A stretch of 63,161 bases of DNA, filler included, from Octopus bimaculoides (GCF_001194135.2; 6 parts of 5 records of this genome joined end to end with filler, not necessarily neighbours in it); one strand, 5' to 3'. Counted from the whole stretch's first letter, positions 39,171-52,358 are shown. Notes: generated from the sequence alone by a model not told the origin. Numbers and translations: made by a program.

Positions 39171-39577
39171 AGAGCGTCGGTATGAAGAGATGGTGTCGTT
39201 CACTTGTTTTCTTTTCAGCCTAGTCTTTTTCTATTCATGCATGAAGGAAAGCTGTGTGAATCAATAGCATCGTCTATCAATACCGAAGGATTGCTGAAAT
39301 TAAATATTGGTTCGAAATTTTGGCTGAAGACCAGTAATTTCAAGGGCAGGGATAAATCTATTATATCAACTTTGAAGTTGTGTTTCCTTCCATCTTTTCA
39401 TCATCGTGTGCCTTGTATATTCTGATAAATGCATGAATGAACACATATATACCATATTTGCAGGGTCGCATTAAGATCCAGACAAACCCTAAGGACTTAG
39501 AAGATTTTGCTGCCCCCATGTATATATATATATATATGTATCATTGGCAATTTTCTTCCTTGGTCTTCCCTTCCTTT

Positions 39578-39626
39578 GGATTTTCCTCTATTTCTGAAGA
39601 AGAGCAAGGCTCAAAACGTTAAATCC
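39578..39626 (+). ncRNA. Minimal hammerhead ribozyme relic (Penelope-type), probably inactivated
   Basis: CUGAAGA-A-GAGC-AAG-GCUC-AAAAC-GUU-AAAUCC: perfect 4 bp stem II and a palindromic AACGUU stem III. G12 is replaced by A, consistent with CpG decay. Confidence 0.5.
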
Positions 39627-39714
39627 TCTTTCTTTTCTTTCCTCAGCGTCTGATAATACAGTTCTTGTAACACGTCCTCGTGTTATTGTTTCTTCTTGTT
39701 GTTCTTCTTTGGTT

Positions 39715-40190
39715 GGTGGTTGATGACAGTACCGCCTGATTGGCACTCGTACCAGAGGAACGTTAAAAGCACATCCGAGTGTGATCGTTCCCAGGGCCAC
39801 GGATTGGCTCCCGTGACGGTGACACGTGAAAAGCACCATTCGAGTATGATCACTGCCAACGTCGCCTTACCGGCACATGTGCCAGTGACATGTGAAAAGC
39901 AACATTCAAGCATGGTCATTGCCAGTGCCGCCAGACTGGCTCCTATGCAGGTAGCACGTAAAAGACACATTCTAGTGTGGTCGTTGCCAGAACCACCTGA
40001 CTGGACCTCGTGCTGATGGTACGTAAAAGCACCCACTACAATCTTGGAGTGGTTCGCATTAGGAAGGGCATCCAGGTGTAGAAACCTTGCCAGATCAGAT
40101 TGGAGCCTGTGCAGCCTCTGGCTCATCAGACCTCAGTCAAACCGTCCAACCCATGCCAGCATGGAAAGCGGACGTTAAACGATGATGATA
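39715..40190 (+). mobile_element. Family D retroposon, long copy with internal ~65 bp tandem array
   Basis: About 4.5 diverged units, each starting ACGT(A/G)AAAAGCA, followed by the GGAAGGGCATCCAG core and a (GAT)n tail. Confidence 0.85.
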
Positions 40191-42013
40191 TGTTATTCAT
40201 AATATAAACAGTAATAAACCATAGAATAAATTTTTATTTTTGAAAACGAAGCAAAACTAACAGAAAGATGAAAAATGATGTTTACTTTTGTATATTTTCG
40301 CTTATATTTGGAAAGTTTTCTCTTTTTCTATTTTGTCTTTTNNNNNNNNNNNNNNNNNNNNNNNNNNNNNNNNNNNNNNNNNNNNTTAATTAATTAANNN
40401 NNNNNNNNNNNNNNNNNNNNNNNNNNNNNNNNNNNNNNNNNACGAAACGGTGAAATAAACTAGGAAAAAGGCTGTACAGCCAGACGTGAAGTGTGTATGT
40501 ATTGAACGCTGTGAAGCACGAACAGGAGGGGCAAAGAAGTACGTGCGAGCTTGGTGATTCCAAGAACGAAAAGAAATAGCAGCCGGACACACGTGACCAA
40601 GGCTGTGTGAAGAGAAAGAGTAGCAGAGGGAAAAGAAGGGGAGGAAGTAGAATAAAAGTGAGCAACGAGAGGTAGAGAGACAGTGAGATATAGTAGTAGT
40701 GACGGTGAGAGGCGAAGGACGAGTAACAAGAGATAGAGAGAGAAAGATAGTAGTGACAGTTAGAGGCGAAGAACAATAGAGGGAAGAATGAGAGGGGGAG
40801 ATAGAAATAGAGAGAGTCGCGTTAGAAAAATAGTTAAAACTTACTGTATTAAGGTAAAGCGTGCGTTCTGTCGTGATACAAACAATATATGAGTATATGC
40901 GTATATATGTACATGTATGTATATACGTTCATCTACATGTACATATAGATGCATAACTGGGTGCATGACGTGGCAAAAGAACATGGACAAAATGGTAAAC
41001 AAGGTGCAACAAACAAGCAGGCCACATAGAAACATCCCCTTCATCAGCTGCCACCCACNNNNNNNNNNNNNNNNNNNNNNNNNNNNNNNNNNNNNNNNNN
41101 NNNNNNNNNNNNNNNNNNNNNNNNNNNNNNNNNNNNNNNNNNNNNNNNNNNNNNNNNNNNNNNNNNNNNNNNNNNNNNNNNNNNNNNNNNNNNNNNNNNN
41201 NNNNNNNNNNNNNNNNNNNNNNNNNNNNNNNNNNNNNNNNNNNNNNNNNNNNNNNNNNNNNNNNNNNNNNNNNNNNNNNNNNNNNNNNNNNNNNNNNNNN
41301 NNNNNNNNNNNNNNNNNNNNNNNNNNNNNNNNNNNNNNNNNNNNNNNNNNNNNNNNNNNNNNNNNNNNNNNNNNNNNNNNNNNNNNNNNNNNNNNNNNNN
41401 NNNNNNNNNNNNNNNNNNNNNNNNNNNNNNNNNNNNNNNNNNNNNNNNNNNNNNNNNNNNNNNNNNNNNNNNNNNNNNNNNNNNNNNNNNNNNNNNNNNN
41501 NNNNNNNNNNNNNNNNNNNNNNNNNNNNNNNNNNNNNNNNNNNNNNNNNNNNNNNNNNNNNNNNNNNNNAGCGTGCGTTCTGTCGTGATACAAACAATAT
41601 ATGAGTATATGCGTATATATGTACATGTATGTATATACGTTCATCTACATGTACATATAGATGCATAACTGGGTGCATGACGTGGCAAAAGAACATGGAC
41701 AAAATGGTAAACAAGGTGCAACAAACAAGCAGGCCACATAGAAACATCCCCTTCATCAGCTGCCACCCACAATCGTTTGATAACCGATGCTGGTGTGTTC
41801 ACGTCCCCGTAACTTAGCGGTTAGGCAAAAGATACCGAGAGAATATGTACTAGGCTTACAAATAATAAGTTCTGGGGTTGATTTGCTCGACTAAGAGGCG
41901 GTGCTCCAGCATGGCCGCAGCCAAATGACTGAAACAAATAAAAGAGTAAAAGAGTAAGAGACATCGACAATAGGAGCAACAACAACAACAACAACAATAA
42001 CAATAACAATGAC

Positions 42014-42083
<70 letters not shown>

Positions 42084-42329
42084 AGAAGAATATATGTTTC
42101 TAATTTAAACACAAGGACAATAATTCTCCGGGACAATAATACTAACATCTCTTGTATTTAACCAGTAATTTATTTTATTTACCCTGGAGAGGATAAAAGG
42201 TAAATCTTACGCCAGGAGAAATTGAACTCGGAACGTTAAGAGTTGGAACAAGTGCTATAATGCATTTTGCTAATCCACCATCAGTAGCTATTACAATAAC
42301 TGTTAGTTATATAGGTACATTACATGAAG

Positions 42330-42525
42330 CTTTTTTTTTTGTGAGGGTGGACAGGGTGGGATATAGCATCGTTTCCAGTACTTCAATGGTACTTTATTTT
42401 GTCGACTCCCGAAAGGTTAAAAGGCGAAGTTGTCTTTTGCTCGATTTGAACTCAGAATGTAAAGAGCCGAAAGAAATATAGCTCAGCGTTTCGTCCGACG
42501 CGTTAAGAATTCTGCCAGCTCGCAG
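42330..42525 (-). mobile_element. SINE family B, diverged
   Basis: GTCGACTCCCGAAAGG...GATTTGAACTCAGAATGTAAAG...TTCTGCCAGCTCGC. Confidence 0.65.
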
Positions 42526-42531
42526 CTTTCA

Positions 42532-42602
<71 letters not shown>

Positions 42603-43164
42603 ATAATAATAATAATAATAATAGAGACTGGTGGTTGGGTGTTGAGTGTCTCGCACGATAAATTAACATCCAAGTATCAAAGTTTTTAATTTGCGGAAGG
42701 AGACCCTGTGAAACCACTGACAACAGGTTGCTGTCTGCTCTCACAGAATCAGTCAGAGCAAGTAAGACCGAGAGCTCTGAGAAGTAAAACAGTAGTAGTT
42801 GTAGCAGTAGTAGCAGTAGTAGCAGTTTAATTTTTGCGCACGTAACATCGAACAATAAAATAATATAACCAGAGAAGGATATAGCTGAAAGACGAATGAA
42901 ATACAGATGACGAACATAAATTATTCTTGAAATTTCCCCAGTGGTTTGCAAAGCATACATTTAATAATGTCATTAAGCTATTTCGAACGGCGAGGACCAT
43001 ATTGAATTCATACTGACCAGATTTCGTTGATTCCAGATTCTCATTCATATTGCTATCCAGAATATTGCTTTCCAAATACTGTCTATAAAACTACCCTGTT
43101 GTTCGGAAGTTCTGGCCCGGTAGGGTTTGGGAACTACTGCGTGATGTGTCTTCTATTGATGTGT

Positions 43165-43465
43165 CTTCTATCGGTTTCTTTTGCCGAACCGCTAAGTTAC
43201 GGGGACGTAAACACACCAGAACTGGTTGTCAGGAGGTGGTGGGCGATAGACGCAAACACGCAAATACACACACACACACAGAAGCACGCGCGCACACATA
43301 CAGACGTACGCACACACACTTACACACATAATAGGTTTCTTTCAGTTTCCGTATACCAAATCCACTCACAAGGCTTTAGTCGGCCCTAGGCTTTAGTAGA
43401 AGGTACTTGCCTAAGGTGCAACGTAGCGGGACTGAACCCGGAACCTTGTGGTTGGGAAGCAAGTT
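43165..43465 (-). mobile_element. SINE family A
   Basis: Matches the reverse complement of family A, with an internal (CA)-rich tract. Confidence 0.8.
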
Positions 43466-43682
43466 TCAAAAATTATCCTTTCTTGTCAAGCAAGATTAAT
43501 ATCCAAAACCCTTCTTCTTTACCGAGGATCTAGCAACTTGGTGAAATTCCTGTTTTAAAAACTGAAATTCCGATTATGGAAAACACAGATGTGCTACCAT
43601 AATTAACGATAGCAAATTTCTGGTTATCAGATCTCTGATCTGACAGATATGTATAACTTATGTGAGCGCTAGCGCATATGTA

Positions 43683-43738
<56 letters not shown>

Positions 43739-45424
43739 TGTTTAGATATAGACACAAAGATTCTTTTCGACAAGCATATTGGGTCAGATGGTTACAGATA
43801 ACGTTAAACTCTATTACATCGATCTGGTCATGCTATAGTGAAAACGAATAAATATTTTCGAAACATTATTAAGTAGTGTCCAAATATTTATTAAAAGTAC
43901 ACTTAAACTATTTTCAGTATACGTTGTACTTGTCATGGTAATCAGCATTCGTTTCGCTAGATTCATTTTTTTATTCAAATGATTTGAAAATAAAACTAAC
44001 ATAATGACTGGTGTTTGTGTAACCCGTATGTATTAAATTGAATTCGGAGACCAATTATAAACGAATCTATATTACACACACACACATGTATACTAATGCG
44101 CCTTCACATATATATATATATGTCTGTGTTCATATATATGTATGTATGTATTTATGTATCTATCTACCTATTTATGTATGTGTGTGTATCTGTGTGTGTG
44201 TATAAGTATGAATGTATGAATGTATATTAATGACTTTCCTGTTTATTTTGCATAATAATGGGTTAGAATACTTTGCATTTTAGTGTTTGTAGATTCCGAA
44301 TTTAATTGACCAATAAGTAAACAATTGGGGCCACACGTCAAGTGTGCAGTGAAAGTAAAGTTATATCAAAAATCGTATTAATTTTGCGAATTGGCAGAAA
44401 CGTTAGAACGCCGAATATTTTCATTTGTTCTGACTCATTGCGCTTTGATTTCAAATTTGCCTTTTGCAGTGACTAATGTTATGCTTTGGGTTGGTATGTT
44501 GTAGCCGTCTACCAAATGTAGCGTGTAGATGTAACGCTTCAAGGTTCTCACGTCGGAGTACCAGTAAACATCGAAGAATCAACACCAATTCTAGTGGTAG
44601 TGTCAACAAGGTTGGCTCGCTGGTTAGTAGTTGATAGTGTAGAAAAACGTTGTCTGACAGTAGAGAGTGAAAGAATAAAGAATGCATGGTGCTGATTAGA
44701 AAGGCAGAAGGGATAGAAGTAGCATCGTCTTTCTTGCGACTGGGGAAAGTGCTGCTCTTGGTCATGGCTGAGGCAAAAGAGAGGGTGTTGCACCTTGGTC
44801 ATAGCTGACACGTAAGAGGAAGAGATAGGAAATTCTCTCTGTTACGTAGACTATGGTCAGTAATGTAAGTCAAAGCCTAAACAAAGGACTGACCTTTCCT
44901 TGACCAGCACAGTCCTAGCGGGATCGAGTATTTCCTCATCAATCATCTGCTGTGGAGAGGATTTCACGCTCGTTTTGACAAGCAACAAACCTGTGGATGT
45001 GGTTTCAAATCTCAGGCAGGGTCAAGCTAGATCCTTACACTCTTTTTCTTTTAGGGTTGAACTAAAACCATTTTAGACTGTGGAAATGGAAGCACTGTAA
45101 GAATGTCTGACCAGATGCCTAGTGGTATTTGTTTTGGCTCTTTTCATTCCGAGTTCAAATATCACCATATGTAGGTGTTGGAGCAGTTGTCATCCATCAC
45201 TCGTTTTCACATAACCACCAGGTACCTTGAGTGATTTCAACCAACACCAGTGAGCTGCAAGCTTTCAAAGTCTGTCTACTTCTCCTCTATCTATCTCGGT
45301 GTGCTTGTGAAATATCATGGATGTTGTCTTGTAAAACTAATTAAAAGATAAAGACAAGATAAATTTTATGATTCTGATTGAAGCTTTAGCAACGTTCATG
45401 GCAATCTTTAGAGTAATATCGGAA

Positions 45425-45715
45425 TAGTTGTGTTTAAATGCACTGGGGTCGATGTAATCGACTTAATCTTTTTCTCTGTCCTTGTTTGTCCCCTCTGTGT
45501 GTAGCCCCTTGTGGGCAGTAAAGAAATAAGAAACGTTAGCACACCGGGCGAAATGCTTAGCGGTATTTCGTCTGTCTTTACATTCTGAGTTCCAATTCCG
45601 CTGAAGTCGACTTTGCCTTTCATCCTTTCGGGATCGATAAATTAAGTACCAGTTGCGTACTTGGGTCGATGTAATCGACTGGCTCCCTTTCCCAAAATTT
45701 CGGGCCTTGTGCCTN
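45425..45715 (+). mobile_element. Two family B segments in tandem (tail-2 3' end followed by a tail-1 copy)
   Basis: GGGGTCGATGTAATCGACTTAATC...GGCAGTAAAGAAATAAG directly precedes AAACGTTAGCACACCGGGCG...CGACTGGCTCCCTTTCCCAAAATTTCGGGCCTTGTGCCT. Confidence 0.8.
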
Positions 45716-45967
45716 NNNNNNNNNNNNNNNNNNNNNNNNNNNNNNNNNNNNNNNNNNNNNNNNNNNNNNNNNNNNNNNNNNNNNNNNNNNNNNNNNNNNN
45801 NNNNNNNNNNNNNNNNNNNNNNNNNNNNNNNNNNNNNNNNNNNNNNNNNNNNNNNNNNNNNNNNNNNNNNNNNNNNNNNNNNNNNNNNNNNNNNNNNNNN
45901 NNNNNNNNNNNNNNNNNNNNNNNNNNNNNNNNNNNNNNNNNNNNNNNNNNNNNNNNNNNNNNNNNNA

Positions 45968-47105
45968 TTAATAGTTATCGCCAAGCCAACATGGCAGTCC
46001 CAAAATTAGGACGAAAGCTGCCGTGAATTAGCTCCAAGAAGCCATCGCCTCTAGCTAGCTATGTGACACACGACACCTGTGTCCTTTATAACCTTCGAAC
46101 AGGGGAGGTCAGCAGTGTCCCCCTGCTGGTTTGGCATCTACAGACTAGTTTCAGGCTGTTGCCACTTGTCAATGCAGAGCAGCCAAGCCTCGGCCAGGCG
46201 GCGCTGCTGACTATCTGTTCGAAGGTTATTTATCTAATTTCAGTGGAATCTATCCACTGGTTTCAGAAATAGAGTTATTAATATTTCTAAGTCTATAACT
46301 CTATTTCTGAAAACCAGTGGATAGATTCCACTGAAATTAGATAAATAACCTTCGAACAGATAGTCAGCAGCGCCGCCTGGCTGAGGCTTGGCTGCTCTGC
46401 ATTGACAAGTGGCAACACCCTGAAACTAGTCTGCAGATGCCAAACCAGCAGGGGCACACTGCTGACCTCCCCTGTTCGAAGGTTATAAAGGACACAGGTT
46501 TCGTGTGTCACATAGCTAGCTAGAGGCGATGGCTTCTTGGAGCTAATTCACGGCAGCTTTCGTCCTAATTTTGGGACTGCCATGTTGGCTTGGCGATAAC
46601 TATTAATTTCCAGTACCGCTGCCGTAGTCTCCTTTAGAGAGACTTAGAAATATTAATAACTATATATATATATATATATATATATGATTGACCGTTGACT
46701 GAACANNNNNNNNNNNNNNNNNNNNNNNNNNNNNNNNNNNNNNNNNNNNTTAATTAATTAANNNNNNNNNNNNNNNNNNNNNNNNNNNNNNNNNNNNNNN
46801 NNNNNTATCTGCTCGAAGGTTATTTATCTAATTTCAGTGGAATCTATCCACTGGTTTTCAGAAATAGAGTTATTAATATTTCTAAGTCTCTCTAAAGGAG
46901 ACTACGGCAGCGGTACTGGAAATTAATAGTTATCGCCAAGCCAACATGGCAGTCCCAAAATTAGGACGAAAGCTGCCGTGAATTAGCTCCAAGAAGCCAT
47001 CGCCTCTAGCTAGCTATGTGACACACGAAACCTGTGTCCTTTATAACCTTCGAACAGGGGAGGTCAGCAGTGTCCCCCTGTTGGTTTGGCATCTGCAGAC
47101 TAGAC
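45968..47105. repeat. Three young copies of a ~361 bp structured unit (+ 45968-46293, - 46294-46660, + 46805-47105)
   Basis: Direct sequence comparison shows ~6 differences between copies 1 and 2 over ~320 bp. The period of 361 is measured between the GTTA tetramers at minus-strand 46660 and 46299. Confidence 0.9.
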
Positions 47106-47106
47106 T

Positions 47107-47151
<45 letters not shown>

Positions 47152-48273
47152 CATATATACATACATACATACACACATACATACATAAGTTTTATTTCCT
47201 TCTCTAAATACAATACGCATTTCTTATATGGATATTCATACTTTTGTATTACATGACACGTTTACATAACTAAAACCCACACGAGAAAAAATTCCTGATA
47301 ATCATTTTAAAAACCGCAATCATATATGTTCTAACTTAACAACCACACGTTTACATATAAGGTATTGATAATTTTTTTCATGCCTATGTTCATGTTCACT
47401 TTCAGGTTTTACGGGAGGATAATCGTCTATAAAACGGATCTGCTCTGTTCGAGGCCAATTCTGCAAGTTTCCTGACAATAAGGTTATATCAAAGTCGATG
47501 CGACATGTCGATTAATTTTTCTAGACATAGTGTCTAATGAGTCAAAATACCTAACTTATACACTGATTCAGAACTGCTTGTTTAGTGTGAATGTGTGTGT
47601 GTGTGCGAGTGTACGTGCATGTATGTGCATGTGTATGCATGTATGTACGTACTTCAAAGGTTATGCTTCCAATCGTAATAAATTTTGTACGGTTGTTTGA
47701 AGGTGCCCTTTAACCTACAAAAACCTTTTAAGTATTTTAAATTATCAATGCAAAAATCTTTTCATGCGTTCAAAATAACTAACAATTTTTTTTTTCTATA
47801 AGACATCTATAAATTTACATATACACCGTATTCTATGCACATGATTTTTCACGTGCATGAATGTATTTATGTATATATTAACACGTATATATATGTGTGT
47901 GTGTGTGNNNNNNNNNNNNNNNNNNNNNNNNNNNNNNNNNNNNNNNNNNNNNNNNNNNNNNNNNNNNNNNNNNNNNNNNNNNNNNNNNNNNNNNNNNNNN
48001 NNNNNNNNNNNNNNNNNNNNNNNNNNNNNNNNNNNNNNNNNNNNNNNNNNNNNNNNNNNNNNNNNNNNNNNNNNNNNNNNNNNNNNNNNNNNNNNNNNNN
48101 NNNNNNNNNNNNNNNNNNNNNNNNNNNNNNNNNNNNNNNNNNNNNNNNNNNNNNNNNNNNNNNNNNNNNNNNNNNNNNNNNNNNNNNNNNNNNNNNNNNN
48201 NNNNNNNNNNNNNNNNNNNNNNNNNNNNNNNNNNNNNNNNNNNNNNNNNNTGTGTGTGTGTGTGTGTGTGTGT

Positions 48274-48317
<44 letters not shown>

Positions 48318-49773
48318 ATATGAGTGTGCCTGTGTGTATTTGTTTGCATAAATTCCATAAGTATTCAAAGCATTAAAGAAGAGTGTTATTTTATATCACA
48401 AATGTACTTACAATTTGTAAGAGGTTTTATCCAGGGAGAAGCAAAACTGTATTTCGCACTCTCATTAAAAATTCTGATGTATTTACAAGTAGCTTTGCTG
48501 CTCTCTAGATGAAACATTGTATAAGTAGTGAGTAAACTTTAAAATACATACATACATATGAAGAGACAAAACAGGTAGAAGTTCGAGATCTGTGACGAGA
48601 GATTTCGAATAATCTCTCTCAGACAACACTTGCTAAACAGCAGCAAAATTTAATATATAAACTTAGCGCTGGAAACTGAAGGGAATAATATTCTACGTGT
48701 TGTGAGCTCCACAGGAAACATTCCCTTCCCGATGACCTGCCTTACAACCCCAAAACTGCCGGACGGACATACAGCAAAGACCCGGATATGAAGAACTCAT
48801 CATACTAATAAAAGGTTATGCATGGGTACGATTTCCAATGTCATGACGACAACAATAATATTGACATTAAGAGAAGCCCTTCTTGGACTCGAGACCCTTA
48901 TATCATAATACATTTCGAGGTTACTCTATTTGAAACCCAAGAACAGAAGATTGCTCTGAAATACCTAATCAACAAAAGTGACAGTGAAGCTCCAAGATCC
49001 AATCGAAAATGTAGATTGTCATATTTATGTGAAAGAAATCTCACATGCGATTAGCAGTTGCTCGAAAATGCTCAGCTGTTAGCAGCAGCAGTAATTTAGT
49101 AGTATTCTCTATTTCCCTCTTTTCTAATAATATTTTCATACTCTATATACATAATATACTAGCTACGTTTTTTTTTTAAATTTCCTACCTCCCATTTTCT
49201 TCGCTATCTTCGCCTTCTTCTCCTCTTTCTCTCCGGTCATTATTTCGCTGAATCACATATACTACATAAAACTATAAATTTTATTATAGTTTCTAGTTTG
49301 AGAGATTGCGTTACTGACACGTACCCACCTTTCTGTTTCCTTCATTCGCTCACTCGGTTTATTTTTCTCATGTTTATAGCATCTACTTAGCGTTTATGAG
49401 CTGGAATACTTCAATCTTTTTCCTTGGTTTCCCCTCCTTCATTTCTTCTCTCTTTTCTTCTGTCATGTTTTACCATCGGTTCTTTCTTTCCTTTGTGTCA
49501 CCATCTAAAAATCAAAAACCTTTGTATTAGGATGTAACCTAATTAGTTCCCCTTCCTTTTCTCTAATGCAACTTCAAAATTTATCATATATACAACATAA
49601 CAGCATAAATAACATATACCATATAATTATTGGTTGTGGTAAATTTCAGCAATTAATTTAGAATATCGCTAGATCGAAGTATACCGCTGTTTGTCAAGAA
49701 ACATTGAAATACAAACACACGTACACAGATATACACATACATGTACACCTACATACAAACAACCATACATACA

Positions 49774-51168
49774 GTTTTTTTTTATTTACCAAGGCCAAAA
49801 TTCCACATAGGAGGGGGTAACCACAACAAGACACACACCAGGCATTCCATTCATTTCCCAGCTCAAGGAGGCGAGCCCCGTCCTATGCTTGCTTCAAGGC
49901 ATAGAAGCAACTCCCGATATCAGCAGCAAGGCCCGACAGCATATGCTGGTTTACCCCTGCCGCATCATGCTGGTTCCGTACCACTTTGAGCAACATCAAT
50001 TCACTCATCTGTCCACAAACACTCTCCAAGTTCTCCTATCACTAATAAACTCTCTTGCTTCTCTCACTCCAACACTTCTAACCACCAAAGCTTTCCTCAC
50101 TCCATCCATCCACACAAACTGAGGTCTGCTTGTGGTTATGCTACCTACCACCTCTACCGTCATCACCCTCCTTACCATCCGTTCCTCGTCCATCCTCTCC
50201 ATGTGGCCAAACCACCTCAACATTCACCTATCCATTCTGGTACATAGAAGTTCTCTCACTCCTGCACACCTTCGCACCTCCTCATTCCTCATCCGGCCCA
50301 TCCGTTTCACACCAACCATAGTCCTCAAACACCTCATCTCAAACACATCTAGTTGCCTCCTTTCCGCTTGTCTCAGACCCCACGTCTCTGCACTATATAA
50401 CATTGTCGGCACAATCACGCCCTCATACACACCTCTTTTCGCTTTCATACTCAACCTCTTGTCTCTCAGCATACCTTTCACAACTCCAAGTATCTTACTC
50501 CCCTCCGTCACTCTATATCCCACCTCCTCAGCCACCACAATCCCCATCCGCCGTCACATGTCATCCCAGGTACTTAAAAACATTCACCTCTTCTAACATC
50601 TCACCATTTATACTCACATCCATCCTACCAGCCATTCCATCTCTCGAACATCTTTTCACTTTACTCTTAGCTACATTCACTTTCAGTCTCCTCTGCTCAC
50701 ACATTCATCCAAACTCTACCACTAGTCTCCTCAGTTGCTCTTCTGAATCTGCCACCAGTGCTGTATCAACAACAAACAACAACTGACACACCTACCATTT
50801 TTCTCCATTTTCTCACACCATTTGAGTTCCCCTACCAAAGGTTCTAGCATTCACATCTTACCACACCATCCATATATAGATTAAACAGCCACGGAGATAT
50901 CACACAACCCTGTCTTAATCCCACCTTCACGTCAAATCACTCACTTACTTCACCACCCACCCTAACACATGCCTACTTTCTCCTATAGAAACTCTGTACA
51001 GCTCTCAAAAATCTACCATCTACTTCATACAACCGCAACACCTGACACATTGCATCCCTATCCACACGGTCATATTGCCTTCTCTAAGTCCATAAAGGCC
51101 CAATATACATTCCTCTCTTTTGCCAAGAACTTTTCACACATTTGCCTTACAACAAATATCTGATCTGC
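49774..51168 (-). mobile_element. 5'-truncated RTE-clade LINE (reverse transcriptase to 3' UTR/poly-A)
   Basis: Minus strand: DQIFVVRQMCEKFLAK...AFMDLEKA-YDRVDRDAM...GLRQGCVISPWLFNLYMDGVV...LLFVD-TALVADSEEQL...IVPTMLYSAETW...LRWFGHMERM, then a ~230 nt UTR ending AATAAAAAAAAA. Several stops and frameshifts. Confidence 0.92.
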
Positions 51169-51468
51169 ACACACACATACACATAAATATATATATATAT
51201 ATACATGGATGTATATATATACATGGATGTATTGCTGTATGCATCAGTCACGCGACAAATATATGCTAATGTATGTGCGTATGTACGTGTGTGTGTGTGT
51301 GTGTGTGTACATATATGCATATAACTTAAATAGCTATTGAATCTCAGCCATATTTAAATGGGATATCGTATTCGTAGGACATTCAGCTGGTGTGATCAAA
51401 TTAAAATTTCTTCGACTGAGAATAAGATATGGATCATGGAATCAATGTATCCTGTACATACTGCATAC

Positions 51469-51510
<42 letters not shown>

Positions 51511-52282
51511 ACACACACAAACACACACAAACAAACAAACAAACAAACACGCGTGCACACACAAGGTATTCAAACGCATAAATTTATTTAGACATTCGCA
51601 TCAAAATGTAGCCATACACAAATAAATATATTCGTGCATATTGACGTATACAAACGATCGGATTGGAACCAAATAGATACACACACATATGTATGCGTGT
51701 AATAATGAAGCGATATAAGTGTGTTGCTTTTCGTATGTGCGTCTTTGCAGTTGAGCAAAAGGTTCTGTGATTTCTATAGTGTCAAATACACAACGTAGTC
51801 TCATTCGTGCATGGAACTATCTGCGAACTTTCTATGTCGTACAGTTCCCAAGAGAGCATCACAAGAATTTGTTTTTATTCAGTATGACATATGGAGTTGA
51901 TAGACTTGCTGATATCCCCAAGAGGTTTTGCTGCAGGGAAACGTAAATGTTGATTCATATGACGTTGTTATATTCCATGTCAGAGGAAATATTTATTGTA
52001 CGACATTAAGGATGTTTACTCTTTCTTTTTTTAACCATTCTCTTTAATCATATACTGTCTTACATTAATGAGAAACATTGTCTGAAATCTTTTAGAAAAC
52101 AGAAAACAATTTCTCTTTGAAACCTCAAGCTTGCAGAAATTAGAAATGCATATATACATGCACAAACACATGTTCACACACACAAGCACACATGCTCGCT
52201 GGTAAAGACTTTAAATACTTAATTGTATATAAATTTATAAATACAAATATACGTGTGTGTGTGTGTATGTATGTATGTGTGT

Positions 52283-52311
52283 TGATAGATAGATAGATAG
52301 ATAGATAGATC

Positions 52312-52358
<47 letters not shown>

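Noticed and set aside
39755-40030. CRISPR-like appearance of the ~65 bp and 45 bp arrays
   Set aside because: Whole units are homologous, with no unique spacers or cas genes, and the context is eukaryotic.
40859-41770. ~200 bp direct duplication on either side of a gap
   Set aside because: The copies appear identical and flank Ns; most likely an assembly artefact.
46935-47040. Canonical hammerhead within the 361 bp unit
   Set aside because: Stem II-GAAA halves exist, but no CUGANGA occurs on either strand and the first lacks the required U16.1; kept only as an unexplained structure.
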